A stretch of DNA of 64,000 nt from Selaginella moellendorffii (Eukaryota > Plantae > Lycopodiophyta), in the NCBI RefSeq assembly GCF_000143415.4, contig NW_003314357.1, forward strand, positions 592,710 to 656,709. The letters run 5' to 3'. The notes below the pieces were generated by a model. It did not search any database, was not told where the DNA came from, and was given only the letters and a program-made list of their open reading frames with translations. How positions within the stretch are numbered: position 1 is the first letter of the stretch; every line of letters starts with the position of its first letter. Shown here one piece after another: positions 22,566 through 35,977 of this stretch. A program made the position numbers and the translations under genes.

Positions 22566-23409
22566 CTATTGGATGCAACATATGTGCTTGGATCCAATAA
22601 GAGGCTTGGGAGGAATCCACGCATCAGCTGGGAGCGATTCTCCTTCCCATGGATCTTCCAAAACCTCAGCAACATATCTGTGAAAGCACTCTGATCAATC
22701 GAGAAATGGAAAAGAATCAGCGCTTACAATTTCACTGGTTCCACTGGCACGTTGTTCTTCTTCACTTTGACCAGCTGCATCTTGTCCAAAACCACGAGCG
22801 AATTCTCCCTCACTTTCCCAAACACCGTGTGCTTTCCATCCAGATGCGGGCTCTGTGCTTCAATGCTGCAAAGGATTTAGAAAATCCAAAGAGAATAGAA
22901 AGAAAAAAATCGGCACTCACGGGCTTGAAGAGAATGAAAAACTGGGAAGCATTTGTGTTGCGACCGAAATTGGCCATGGAGACTATCCCTGTCGCGTCGT
23001 GGTTGTGCCTGGCGGAAATCTCATCGTCAAATCGCGCCCCATAGATCGAGTAGCCTCCTCTCCCAGTGCCTGCCAGGAGATTATAGCTAGAATTTCTCCG
23101 AGCAAGAATTTCACGATCTTGCCTGAGGGATCGCCGCTCTGGCACATAAACCGTGGAACGATCTTCTGCGGAAGAGGAAGAACACTCAGAGACTAGAGCT
23201 GGGGATGAAAGAACGAGCGAGATTACGTGAAATGTGATCCCATCGTAGTATCCCGCCTTGCAAAGCTCCAAGAAATTCCGGCAAGTCCTGCGCGAGGCAC
23301 CGCGATCATCAAAACCCTGCGCGCGATCGATGCTGCCCTACCTTGGCGCGTCCTCCAGGAAGAGATCGATCTCCAAGCGGCCGTGCGTGCAGCACAACAC
23401 CACCGACAT
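22566..23409 (-). CDS. Single-domain cyclophilin-like protein, 6 exons, ending in CCIQ
   Basis: Spliced translation [75 protein letters not shown]...[34 protein letters not shown]...[14 protein letters not shown]; one intron is GC-AG. Confidence 0.88.
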
Positions 23410-23545
23410 TGCCCTAGATAATATTCTCGTGCGAAAGCCGTTACACGTATATTCCTCATAAACGACCAGGATCGAAAGCCTGTAATCAACGGCTCACATC
23501 AAACCTTCAAGAATACTCGATATGCTTAAACAAAAATTCTCTCTT

Positions 23546-24851
23546 CTAGCGCCCCCTCCGGCTGGCATTGATCTCGTTCAAGCTGTTATAGTCATCCACG
23601 AAAGTTTCCCAGGCGGGCTTTCGGCGGGTTTCCTCCTGGATATCGTTCTCGATGGCTTTTCGGATCGGTCGCACCACCAAGAGATACTGCCAATCGATCG
23701 AGAGAAAAACTTTCAAGGTGAATTTGGAGGAGCGAAAGCATTACACATTACCTGTGCGAGCAGCACCAGCGGGATCCAAAGCTTCCCCCTGTTATTCGCG
23801 TTGGGACCCTCGATGAGCTTCTTGTCCACCAGCAGCGATGGGTGCTCGTTGGTCACCACTTCCACGAGCCGTCCCACCAGGTTTGGAACCCACACGGTTC
23901 CATTTGGAAGAATCTGCAAAGAGTTTATCAAAAAGAGTGACTTTGAGAAAGAAAAATGGTTACCTTTTCACCACCAGCATTGGTGCTGCAACGCCCACTA
24001 TTTTCCACGAGAGCGTAAGGTATCTGAAATAGAACAAATCAGCTAAACCATAGAAGAACAAGGATGAAAAGGTCCAGCGTTACATACGTCGGGATCGGTT
24101 TTCTTGAAGCCAGCTTCATGCCTTATAGCCGCTAAGAGCCCCTCGGATCTCTGCTGCACGTAGTCGTCATAGCTAGCACCGTCCGGAGGAGGAAGCTGTG
24201 CGTGAGTTAACACCAGCAAACAAAGCTTCCAGATTTGAGGACCGAAGCTACGAGTGATGGCCCTGATGACTTGTTTGTCGAGGCTATCAACTCGGTAACC
24301 ATCGAGCCGGTCCACATACAAAACCACATCAATAGTTTTGTCCATGAGAAACCTGGGAAAGAAGAAAGTGTCACCTCCAAAAACTAAGGAGAGAACAATC
24401 TTACAAACCTCTTGATAATCTCTAGAGCTTGGTCATTCACCCATCCACCTTCAATCAAACCGGGAGTGTCGATAATGTTCAAAGTAAATCCAGCTCTGGA
24501 CCGTGAAACGAAGAGCGGCCTCAAAGTCTCCGACTGGAGAAAGAAAAAGTCGATTTTGAGAATGCGCGAGATGAAAGAGTAGAATTTACCTGAAAGGCGC
24601 TCACGGCTGCTACTCTCTCACCGATTATAGAATTCACCGTAGAGCTTTTTCCAACTCCACCTTTTCCAAGCACTAGAACAGTCATGCTATCCACATTCTG
24701 CGAGGAGGAAGCGAAATTCTCAAGCACCCGCAAGAAAGAAATTCCTGGAAGAACTAACCTGTTGCCGGACCTTGCCAAGCAGCCCGTGGAGCGCAGTCTG
24801 CGTAGCAACGGGGAATTGGTTAATGCCCGACCATTCCTTGGTGCTTCCCAT
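23546..24851 (-). CDS. TOC34: Chloroplast outer-envelope translocon GTPase Toc34
   Basis: KEWSGINQFPVATQ, VLGKGGVGKSSTVNSIIGE, IIDTPGLIEGG, LYVDRLDGYRVD, VLTHAQLPPPDG, LIEGPNAN followed by a TM segment; multiple short introns. Confidence 0.95.
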
Positions 24852-25119
24852 CCCTGGAGCGGCGACGCGCGCTCAATCGATTGCTCCAGCTGCCAATGTG
24901 GCGCCGCGCGCTTGAATCTAGATCCAAGAATCACGTACCCGGAAGAGAGGAGCCCTCGCGGTCGCGGATAAGGGCAACGCGGTGCCCAGTGGTTTAGGGC
25001 TTTTGAGAGATATTTGCTAGGGAAGATTCGAACCCCAGACCTCTTTACACTACTTACAGACGATCGAACACAAAGTCACAACGCTATGTATATATCAATC
25101 AAAGGGGATTGCCACATCT

Positions 25120-26440
25120 CTATGTGAGATCGTCATCTTCGTCAATCTTGGCCTTCATAGCATTCTTCGCTCGCAGCAGCATTGTGGTCTTCCAGCCATC
25201 CTTGAAAATACAAATTAAGTATCGAGCGAGGAAGAAGAAAACAAAGTCGAGAGAGAAAATATCACAAACATACCAGTCGAGTCATGCTATCAAATTCCTT
25301 GACAACGTCCGTAAACTTCTCGACATCCTCTTGCTCGATCGCCTCGGCTAGATCCTGCAATCCATCGGGAATTGAAAACAAGTCCAAAAGGAGAGGGAGG
25401 GAGAAAACAAAAACACGTTTCTCACCTTAAGAAACTTGTGCTCTCGCGTGTTCGAAAATGTTGGATCCAAGTCCTGCAAAGTTTCATGATTCAGACAGAA
25501 CTCCTGGAGCGAAAACTTTGGTACCTCGTATCTCTCGATGGCATTTTGGATGGCTATATGATCAGCACTACAGAGATGGCACAAACCAGCGCTCAGCAAA
25601 TACCCCTTGACGCTGTACTTCAAGAGATTGTTTCCCATCGAGTCTTTAGCCACTGTCTCGTACACCTCAATAGCTTTTGGATATCTGCAAAAAGAAAAAA
25701 GAGAGATAAGAGGAAAACAAGTGAAAAAAGAGACATTTCTAGCTTACAGCTCGAGTTGGGATGCAAATTGAGCAACCTTTAGTTTACATTGGTTCGCGGA
25801 GCTCGTCACTTCTTCTCCTTGATAAAAGTCGGCAGCTTTTTCATAGCTTTCCATAGCTTCCTGCCACTTTTCTTCCTTTTCGTACAATTCTCCCACATCC
25901 TAAAAGAGTTGGAAAAAAAAAAGTAAAAAAACGCGTTAAGCTGACCAAGAACATTACAAAGGAATTGATAGAAGGTACCTTGAAATGCTTCGCAGCGATC
26001 GATAGCTTTCCCATCTCCAAGAAAATATTAGTCGCGGTATTGAGCGCATTGATCGCATCTAAAGGAAAGGAAAACAAAGAAACGAAGCAGTGTGCTGCGG
26101 AGAAGAATGCGCTATTTTACCTTGTGGCTTGTTTTTCATGTAGCACTTGGCCGCATCAACGTAGCTCGTGGCGGCCTCGTATCGATTATCGAGCTTGACG
26201 TGCATCTCGGCGACCCTGATGAAGCAATTGGCGGCCTTGTCCCCTGGAAAAACCCTGGATTGAGAAAGATGCGCGGAGATCTGGCTCCCAAAACTTACAT
26301 GATTTGGCGACCTTGTAGTGATTCGCAGCTTGCTGCAAGAGCTCCACTGTATCCTCATACTTGTTCCCAAAGAGCCCCCAGCCCTTGAGCTTGCGATCCG
26401 CCTTGCTCTCGAATTCCTTCGCCTTGGCCAGGGCATCCAT
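25120..26440 (-). CDS. ASNAP: Alpha-soluble NSF attachment protein
   Basis: [66 protein letters not shown]-terminal EDDDLT*. Confidence 0.95.
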
Positions 26441-26538
26441 GGCGAACCAAGAGCCCTAAGCACATCTAGGGTACAAAAGTAGAGAATATTCTCAAAGTTT
26501 TAAACTAATAAATACAGGTTATTATACTAGTAAAGTTT

Positions 26539-26949
26539 ATGGCATCGTTTGCTTCACACTTGTTTATTTTATCTGTTATTTCATCTTTATGCTTATCTGA
26601 AGCTTACAGAATATTTATTTATAATCGGGTAGGTTTTGATCTAGAATTACATTGCCAATCAAGAGATGATGATATGGGAATTAAGAATATTAAAAATATG
26701 CAATCTTATTTCTTTAAATTTGATGTGAATTGGATAGGAACAACACTTTTTTGGTGTGATGCCAAAATAAAAAATGGGTATGAAATTGGAAAAAAAATAA
26801 CATTTGTTTCATTTAGATTTAAAGACAAAGATTATGGATGGAGAAATTATAGAATTGAATGGTATATTTTTGGGTATGCAATATTTCAAACACATTTAAG
26901 CTATCGAACTAACAAATGGTCAATCCCAGTAAGATCTTATAATTGGTAG
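26539..26949 (+). CDS. S-protein homolog (plant self-incompatibility S1/SPH family) secreted protein
   Basis: Signal peptide, I-x-N, LELHCQSRDDDMG, FKFDVNWIGTTLFWC, terminal W; intronless, 136 aa. Confidence 0.88.
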   Translation: MASFASHLFILSVISSLCLSEAYRIFIYNRVGFDLELHCQSRDDDMGIKNIKNMQSYFFKFDVNWIGTTLFWCDAKIKNGYEIGKKITFVSFRFKDKDYGWRNYRIEWYIFGYAIFQTHLSYRTNKWSIPVRSYNW

Positions 26950-29714
26950 TTTAATTTAAAAAATTTAAATACTTATGATTTATTTCTATACCTTAATAAA
27001 AATAAAAGAAAGACAAAATGATTTTTATTGGGCTTATATTTATGTTTATATAATTTATTTAGTAGAAATGAGTAGTATATATTTTATGTTATTATATTCT
27101 TTAATGTTCATATATCACTTATCTACCATCTCTTTGTTTTTATTAAAGTACATTTCACTGTTAATGTCCACAAACCTAGAATCTTTGTTTATAGCAATTG
27201 AACTCAAGACATATCATACATATAATTAGAATTTAAGATTCTATACTTATATAGTTGTTTGGATTAGATTGAAGTTTGACTATATTAGCTTTAAAAATTA
27301 TAAATATTGTAAAAGTAAAGGTTTTACAACTATATTTTTAGAAATTTCAACATAAATGCATCTTTTCTATTTGTCTTTAACATTTTTTAGTGGTTTTATT
27401 GTCTTATTTTCTCTCAATGATGAAATGGTGTGTTCTTTAAAGATAAAATATTTATTAATAAATTAAATACTTTACAATGATACAAAAATATTATTAATTA
27501 TTTTGTATCTTATACATAATTATATGTGTTGTTTACATTTCTTGAATGATGTGTAATACTTCTTGGGCAATGTAGTATCTTGGTCATTTTGCTAATCATT
27601 TTTTTTATCACACTGCACCATTACAAGCATTGTTAAAATCATCAATATTGTCTTTCATTAAGTTTGTTAAGTGTGAGTGGGTGTTTATGGATCTCAAAGA
27701 TCTATTGATGATTTCTCAAGTTTTGGTATATCATGATTATATTTAACTTTTCATTGCACATAGATGTTTTTGATATTGGTATTAAAAGTGTGTTTATGCA
27801 AGAAAGCCCAAGTGTGCCTAGTTAGCATTATTTTATTGCATACATCAGCTGTACATTACAACCAGCGGAGATAAACTACTTCATAATAGAAAATGAGCGT
27901 TTAGTAGGGGTTTGGGGTTTCAAGAAACTTTATGCATATTTACATAATTCTTTAATATTATTAAAAGGTGATTATACTGTAGTTACTTCATTATTGAAGC
28001 AAAAAGCCTTGGCTGATTGTATTGTTTGGTGGGTTTTGAAGTTTCAGATATATGATTTTGATGTTTTATCGCCTTAGGAATTTTATGGCTAATGTTAACA
28101 CCCTTTTTCGAGGTTCTTTTTTTTCTTCGCTCTTTTCCAATGTATCTAACAAATTTGTTGTTCTAGCATTTATGAATTCTTTGGACAAGGATTCCATGCC
28201 GTTAATAGTTGTTATACTTGATAGTTAGTATCCACGAGGTGGAGAGCAAGATTTATTTTTTCTTGACAAGGTTTATGAGGCTTAAAAAGTTGAATTGTAA
28301 ATCCGAAAGTTTTTAAAACTTTACTTTTATTATGGCTTTACAAGTTAATTTAGAAATTTAATTTGAGAGCTTTTGAGTTCAAATACTATAAGTAGAGGTT
28401 TAGGGCTAAATTTTATACTCCTTAGTAAATATAAAGAAATAGCAAAATATGATTTTTTTTAGTAATTTTATTATTTTCTTCTCTCTCAATAACAAACTCT
28501 TAAATATCATGTTCTCTTTTTTTATAAAAATAGGTTTATATATCAATTACTTTTTCATAGTAATACTTAAATATTATTAGTTATATAACCTATATCTTAT
28601 ACATAATTATACGTAGTAGTGTTGTTGTTTATAGCATAAAAACATAATTAAAATTCAAGTAAATGAATGAAAATATTTAAATATTTTTTATTAGTTTACT
28701 CCAAACAATATAAAATATTTTTAAGCATTCGTATATAAAAGGTCTTGCAAAGTTATTTAAAGTGTTCATGTTTCTTACCTCTAAGCTAAATAAGGGCATT
28801 AAAAAAAGAGTTTTTCAAGCTAACATTGTGAATGTATGGAATATGGATATGGAATATAGAAATGTGCATATCAATGCCCAAATACCTAACTTATATATAA
28901 GAGCAATTGATCTAAATTGAAACTAATTTAAGGACTATTAAAATCTTACTATGCTAATATTAATATACAGCATCATAGTTATACACTTGAACTTCACATC
29001 ATCCCCTCCTCTCAGAAGGATGGAAGACAGTAATGATTCTTTGGTGAATGGGCCGGGATGTAGAGGAATATCAAAAAGAGGCATTTATGGATCTGTAGGT
29101 GGTATTAGTTGTTCTTAATCCTTTTGTATAAAGTATTTTAACTGTTGCTCATACACAATTTTTGGAGGATTGGTTTGTTAAACGCCATTCTAAACCTCAT
29201 AAACTTGTAGTCAAATTTGCCATAATACCCAATACAATCCCTTCTATTGAGCAAAGAGACCTTTATACAAACCATATACTATAAAATTAGGAAAATTGAC
29301 TAATACCAAGTTATCCATTTTGTACTCTAGGATGATTATGGGAGTTATAGCACCATTGTTGTCCCACTTGTACATAGCCTAAGTGTTTAATAGACTCTAT
29401 TGAAACTAGTGGAAAAATGCTCGTGAAATACTAATCCTAAGATCTAGTATTAGCAACTTGTAGCAATCGCGAAGGTAAACTTAACTCTGTTGGTAATATC
29501 AGATTATAACCATATAAAACTTTATATGGTGAAGCACCAAATAAAACTCTACACCCTTGTGATATATACATACTGAAAAGATAACAAATAACCATCTCAA
29601 TATAAATACTGAATGTTCATGTACTTCACAATCATCCTTTTGAAGGTCCGAATGAACTATTCCACCAAACCATTTAACTATGGATGATAAGTACTCACGA
29701 AATTGTGGCATATC

Positions 29715-30846
29715 TGTAAGGAACTGACTCCCCGAGATGTCGTAGGCTAAAGGATCCCCGAAAGCTTGACCAAAATGACAAAGAGTTCATCGGATGGGAC
29801 CAAGTCGAAGATCGAGTCCAAGACCGACTCTGAGACCGAGTTCGAGATAGAGTCCGGGATCGAGCCGNNNNNNNNNNNNNNNNNNNNNNNNNNNNNNNNN
29901 NNNNNNNNNNNNNNNNNNNNNNNNNNNNNNNNNNNNNNNNNNNNNNNNNNNNNNNNNNNNNNNNNNNNNNNNNNNNNNNNNNNNNNNNNNNNNNNNNNNN
30001 NNNNNNNNNNNNNNNNNNNNNNNNNNNNNNNNNNNNNNNNNNNNNNNNNNNNNNNNNNNNNNNNNNNNNNNNNNNNNNNNNNNNNNNNNNNNNNNNNNNN
30101 NNNNNNNNNNNTTGCAGGGGGTTCCAAAAGTATAGTAGGGATAGTGAGGTCCAGGAACCAGTCTTGAAGGAACTCTCCAATGGTGCTTCCAAACTGACTT
30201 GAGGTTGAGATTGGGGCTGAGAGGCCTTGGGTGGGAGTGAGCATGGGCCTGAGTGGTGCTGGAGGGGCCACCTAGGGAAGTGCTCAAGAGCAGCTCCCAC
30301 TCCCGAAAGGGAAACCGACTGCGGTGCTCCCGGCTCAGGTGGAGTGGTGCCCCACTTGAGTACCTTGTGGCTCATTGTTCCTCGCCCTTCCTAGGGGCTT
30401 GGGCCTTCCCTTCAGGATGGAAGTGGGGGGGTAGAGGTACCCATACCGGGCCGTTAGGCCACGGTGTTTCGCCCCGACGTCCCGAAGCAAGTGCTGCACC
30501 CAAGGCTTGGGATTTAGAGGGTCCCATGATCAAGTCTTGTGGTACCTTGGGGTGTTAGGAATCTGGAGGCTTGGTGTGCTTGGCTGCTTGTGCCTGCGGG
30601 GAGTGTAGCCGAACCTTAAGTCCAGTCTAACCCGGGGAGGGGGATTGGGAGAGATTTGGGAATCTGTAGATGGATGGCTAACACTTCATTGCTCGTGCAG
30701 TGAGTAGCTGAAACCAAGTAGGACCAAGTAGGAGCTGGTACCATAGGTGAGAACCTTGGCGAGGGAACTTAGCACAAGCCAAGGCAGAGTTGGTCGGATA
30801 GTCGAGGTAAGCTGGCAAATTGGAAAGGAAAAATTTGTGGCTTACA
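29715..30846 (+). mobile_element. Solo LTR
   Basis: tgtaaggaac...gtggcttaca with perfect 5-bp TSD atatc; contains an N gap; same family as 57913-59048. Confidence 0.9.
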
Positions 30847-33599
30847 ATATCCTCAATCGAGACCTTAAAACATGAAATGCATTAGCCATAAATGTTGGAC
30901 TATTATCTGAAAAATTTGCTCCAAACAAGATTGCTAGAACACCACTTAATTGAGGAGGAAGTATTTAATAGTAGTCACAAATGCACTAGCAAAAGTATTG
31001 ACTTCCACCCAATAAGTCAAGTAGTCAAAAACAATAATAACATACTTATTGCCAGTAGTTGATAAAAAAGCCTCATCAAATTAAATGCCACCAACTTAAA
31101 TAAACAGAAAATTTCAATTAACTCTAATTATTCTTTTACAGCATGAGAGGGAGTATTACAAGTTTGGCACCAAATGTAGCTACATATATATTGGATAACA
31201 TCACGTCATATTTTTAGCTAATAAAAACACTTGTGCTATTTCTCAGTCATATGATGATGTCTTATATGCCTACCTAGAATAGGAGAATTATATTAGGCAT
31301 GAAGAAAGCGTAGAATAAAGATCTCAACTTTTTAAGCCTTATGAAATTTATCAAAAAAAGGTAAATTTTGCTTCACACCTTATGGATATTGAATATAAAG
31401 TACAACAACTACTAATGGTATGGAATCTTCGTCCAAAAAATCCACAAATGCTAGAATAATAAGTTCATTAGAAATATAAGAAGAGGGTGAAGAAGGAAAA
31501 TGAGCTCAAGAAAGGGCATCAGCAGTAGTTATATAACTCTTTGGACGATGAACAACTTCAAAATCATATATCTAAAGTTTCAAAGCCCACTAAGCAATAT
31601 AATTAACCAAGTTTTTCTACTTGAATAACGAAGTAACTACAACATGATCACCTTTAATAATGTTCAAGAACTATGTAAATATCCACAAATATGCTCCTAG
31701 AATGGCATTATCCACCTGATTTGCCACCATAATTGTCTAAAGTTTCTTGAAATCCCAAATTGTTGCTAAACACTCCTCTATTATGGAGTAATTCACCTCC
31801 ATTAATTGCAACATATGACTGATATATGCAATGGAATAACACTAGCTAAGCATATTTGGGCTCTCTTGCATCAACACACCTTCAACACTAATATTATAAG
31901 CATTTATGTGCAAAATAAAAAGTTAAATATAGTTATAATATGCCAAAAATAGAGGAGTTGTTAACAACGTTTTGAAATCTATAAATGCTCACTCATAGTC
32001 TACAGACCAAATGAAAGAGTACATTGATAACTTCAACAATACTCGCAATAATGTAGTATAATCAAAAAGATGATGAACAAAACAATTAAGATATTGCATC
32101 TTACATAAGAACCACCACATATCATTTATACACTTTGGAGTACGGAACTTTAGAATAGCCATAAATTTATCATGATCAACTTGCAAATCTTCATGAGAAA
32201 TACAATACCCAAAATAAATTGTGTCCTTGGCCCTAAATACATATTTTGACTACTTTAGCTTTAAATTAATTTCTTACAGTCAATTCAACACCTTACAAAC
32301 ATCACAAACATGTTCCTCTCACATCCCTTATAAGTGAACGAAAATATTATCAATGAAGTTAGTAGTCACTTTCAATATATTACAAAAAACTTTATCCATC
32401 ATTTGCTGAAAAGTCACTAGAGTATTATTCAAATTCAATAGCACCACCAAGAATTCATACAAACCAAATAATCTACAAAAAGCAGTATTGGGAATATTTT
32501 CCTTAGCCATCGGTACTTACCAATACCTAGAAGCAAGATCTAACTTAGTGAATTAACAACTTATCCCAAAACGATCCAAGAGATCAGTAGTGTGAGGAAG
32601 AGGGTACATATTTAAGATCATCACTTTGTTTATTAGTTGATGCAAAAATGAATACTCCCATCAGGCTTTGTCATAAGATGAAGTTTATATGTTTAAGGAT
32701 TCTACGATTTTTGGATAACACCCTTTTCTAACATCTCTTTGATGTTTGCATATAAAATCTTGATCTTTTTTGGTGACCGATAACAAATAGAAATTTTGAT
32801 TGAATGAGCATCCCCAGTTGAAATAGGATGACATATTGCAATCTTAACCCCAAATGACATGTTAAATTCAAAGAAATCGACATACTCCTTCATGAGCCAG
32901 TCAACCATAGTAACATAAAGACCATTAAAAGGATCTGAAGAGGGAATAAAGGAATAAGGTGGAAACATAAAAGGAACTAATGGGAAGACAAAAGTGATGG
33001 GAGCAAAGGTAAAAGTAAAGGGACGAAAAGGAAAAAAAATAATATGAATGGAAGAAATATAAAAATATATAAAACAAAGGGGAAATGCCTTAAAGTCATA
33101 TTTGGCATGATTGTGCCACAACCAATCTATACCAAGAATGAGGTAAAAAGTTTGATTTAACACCACCCATAACAACAAACTCGACATCACTCACATGCAC
33201 AACTAAGCTTGCCTCATTCTGTGCACATACATATGTATAGTTATTGTCATAAAGAATGAAAACTAACTTTGTCGCATAATGTAAATATAGACGGTAATAT
33301 ATGGTAACAAGCTGAGCTATAAAAGATAAACTCAAATTTGTATCATCCAATATGGAAAGAATAATAAAAAACCTCTTATTATAAAAATGAATTTAGAAAG
33401 TAAACACTAGATGAATTGAGGCTGAGTTAACCCCTTCATGATATTTTTGAAAGAAAAATGGAGGGGTCATTGATTTATTTGTGTAAGGACCCTCCACTAC
33501 TCACATGACTCCTTGTTTTTTAGAAACATCTTGATATTTAAACCTTCCATTGCAATAGCATTAATAAGATGTTGATGCCAAGGTCTCCACCCAGGAAAT

Positions 33600-35977
33600 A
33601 GAGGTTGCCAATCCAGAAAACATCCAGTCGCTTTCCATTCTCGGAAATTCCAGCCTGCGGAGATCAATTACGAAATCCATGATAAGGAGCTCCTTGCCAT
33701 CGTGGATTCCTTTGGAGAGTGGCGCCGTTTCTTGGAGGGGGCGGCCATCAAACAACAGTCTAGATGGATCACAAAAATCTCGAATACTTTGCCACTTCCC
33801 GAGTTTTAAGCCGTCATCAAGCAAGGTGGGCACAATTCCTGAGTCGGTTTGACTTTGTTATCAAGTACAGACCTGGAAAGCTTTAAGGCCTTCCTGATGC
33901 TCTTTCAAGGTGCTCCTATCTCAGTCTCAGGCCTGGTAATCCTGCCTTCGATCAACAGGATCAAGTTATCCTCGGTCCTGATCTGCTTCAAGTTATGGCA
34001 ATTTCCCTGGTCCCGCAGGACTCCTCCTTGATGGATGCGATCAGAAACAATCTTCAATCCGATGATCTCGCTAGTGACATTTTCCCCCATCTTCAGGCTG
34101 GACACCCTATGACTCCCGACTGCTGGTGATTTGACGAGTTCGAGTTCTTAGATGGCTTATTATACCGTGGGGAGCAGCTTTACATTCCTGAAGGTGACGC
34201 TCAAAGGTTGGTCCTGATGGCATGCCACGATAGCCTGACTGATAGTCACTTCGGCATTGCGAAAACCTATGAGCTAGTTGCACGGGACTTTTGGTGGCCT
34301 CACATGGACGACTACATCAAAACTTTTGTTACCTTCTGTGACACTTGTGCCTGGAATAAGGTACCTCGCCACCTTCCTTCAGGTTTGCTTCGTTCCCTTC
34401 CGGTCCCTTCAGGTCCTTGAGAATCCATCTCCATGGATTTCTTGAGTGATCTTCCGAGTTGTAGAGGCTTCAACAACATTTTAGTCGTGGTGGACCGCTT
34501 CACAAAGATGGCGCACTTCTTGCCATGTACCAAGGAGTTTTCGGGCGAGGACATGGCAAAACTGGTATTCAGGGAAATTTTTCGACTTCATGGGATTCCT
34601 ACAGATGTGGTTTCGGATCGGGGGCCTCAATTCATCTCTCATTTCTGGAAACGGTTTTTGCAGCTACTTGGAGTGAAGGCCAACCTCTCTTCGGCGTATC
34701 ATCCTCAAACTAATGGGCAGTCCGAGCGAACGATTCAGACGTTGGAACAATTCTTGAGGTGCTTCATCAACTATCATCAGGATAACTGGTTCGATATCCT
34801 TCCCCTTGCTGAGTTCTCCTATAACAACTCTGTTCACTCCTCTTTTCGAATTTCCCCCTTCTTTGCAAACTCTGGCCAAAATCCCTGATTCAATCTTTCA
34901 CTTCCTTCTCCATCCGAATCCTCTCATTCAAATCCTCGCTCTGAGGCATTTGTCTCCAACCTCCAAGAAATCCACAACTCCATCTCCTTCCACCTCCATC
35001 GTGCTCAGGAATCTCACAAAACATTTGCCAATGTCCATTGTCAAGATTGTCCCCTTTACAATATCGGGGATAAAGTCTGGCTCCTCAGGCGAAATATCTC
35101 CACCACCAGGCCCTATCCAAAACTTGATTTCAAACGCCTCGGTCCTTTCCCTATCACTGCCATCATTAATCCTGTCACTTATCGCCTTGCACTTCCCTCC
35201 TCATATTAAATTCACCCCGTTTTTCATTCTTCTCTCCTTGAGCCTTATATTCCCAGTCCTATTCCCAATCGGGTCATTCTTCCACCTCCACCAGTGCAGC
35301 TCGAGGATGGGTCTGAGTACGAGGTTCAGGACATCCTTGATTCCAAGATTTCACGGTCTAAACTCTACTATCTGGTCAACTGGAAAGGTTACGGGCCTGA
35401 AGAACGCATTTGGGAACCTGCAGACAACCTGATTCATTCTCCTGACCTTGTTCAGGACTTCCACTGCCGCTATCCTTCTCGTCCCAGTCCTCATTCTTTT
35501 TCCCCATCTCCCATCCCTCGCCGCTCATCTCATCCTCCTCGTCGTTCTCATTCACATCCTCGTTCCACTCGTTCTTGAGGAGGGGGTGCTGTCAGGAATC
35601 CCCCAATTCTTGCCATATTTCTGACTCTCGCTGGATTCTTGACCTACAGACCACATTCCTGATTCTCGAGACACTTCCCTATTCCTGACTCTCGAGACAC
35701 TTCCCTATTCCTGACTCTCTGATTTCCTATACAATTCCTGAGTCTCAAGCCACATTCTTGATATTGATGTGGCGCCTCCTCAACCTCAGCTATATTTAGG
35801 CCATCCTCGATCCAAGAGTGGTGGAGCTTCATCAACCTATAGTATATATAGGTTAGCCTTGTTCCATTTCTCCACAATCTGAATTAACGCCAGTTTAAGG
35901 CCTTTTCTTTGTTTCCACTAGCTTTTCTCTTTGTCTTTTGCATTTTCCAGTCTTGATCTTGTTAGGGGGTCTTGACA
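33600..35977 (+). mobile_element. 5'-truncated chromovirus (Ty3/gypsy): RNase H, integrase, chromodomain, PPT, 3' LTR
   Basis: [28 protein letters not shown]; HHCC zinc finger; SDRGPQFIS...AYHPQTNGQSER; EYEVQDILDS...YLVNWKGYGPEERIWEP; PPT gaggagggggtgc; LTR tgtcagg...cttgaca at 35590-35977; stops and frameshifts present. Confidence 0.92.

Noticed and set aside
29695-30375. ORFs spanning the N run
   Set aside because: Artefacts of the assembly gap in the solo LTR
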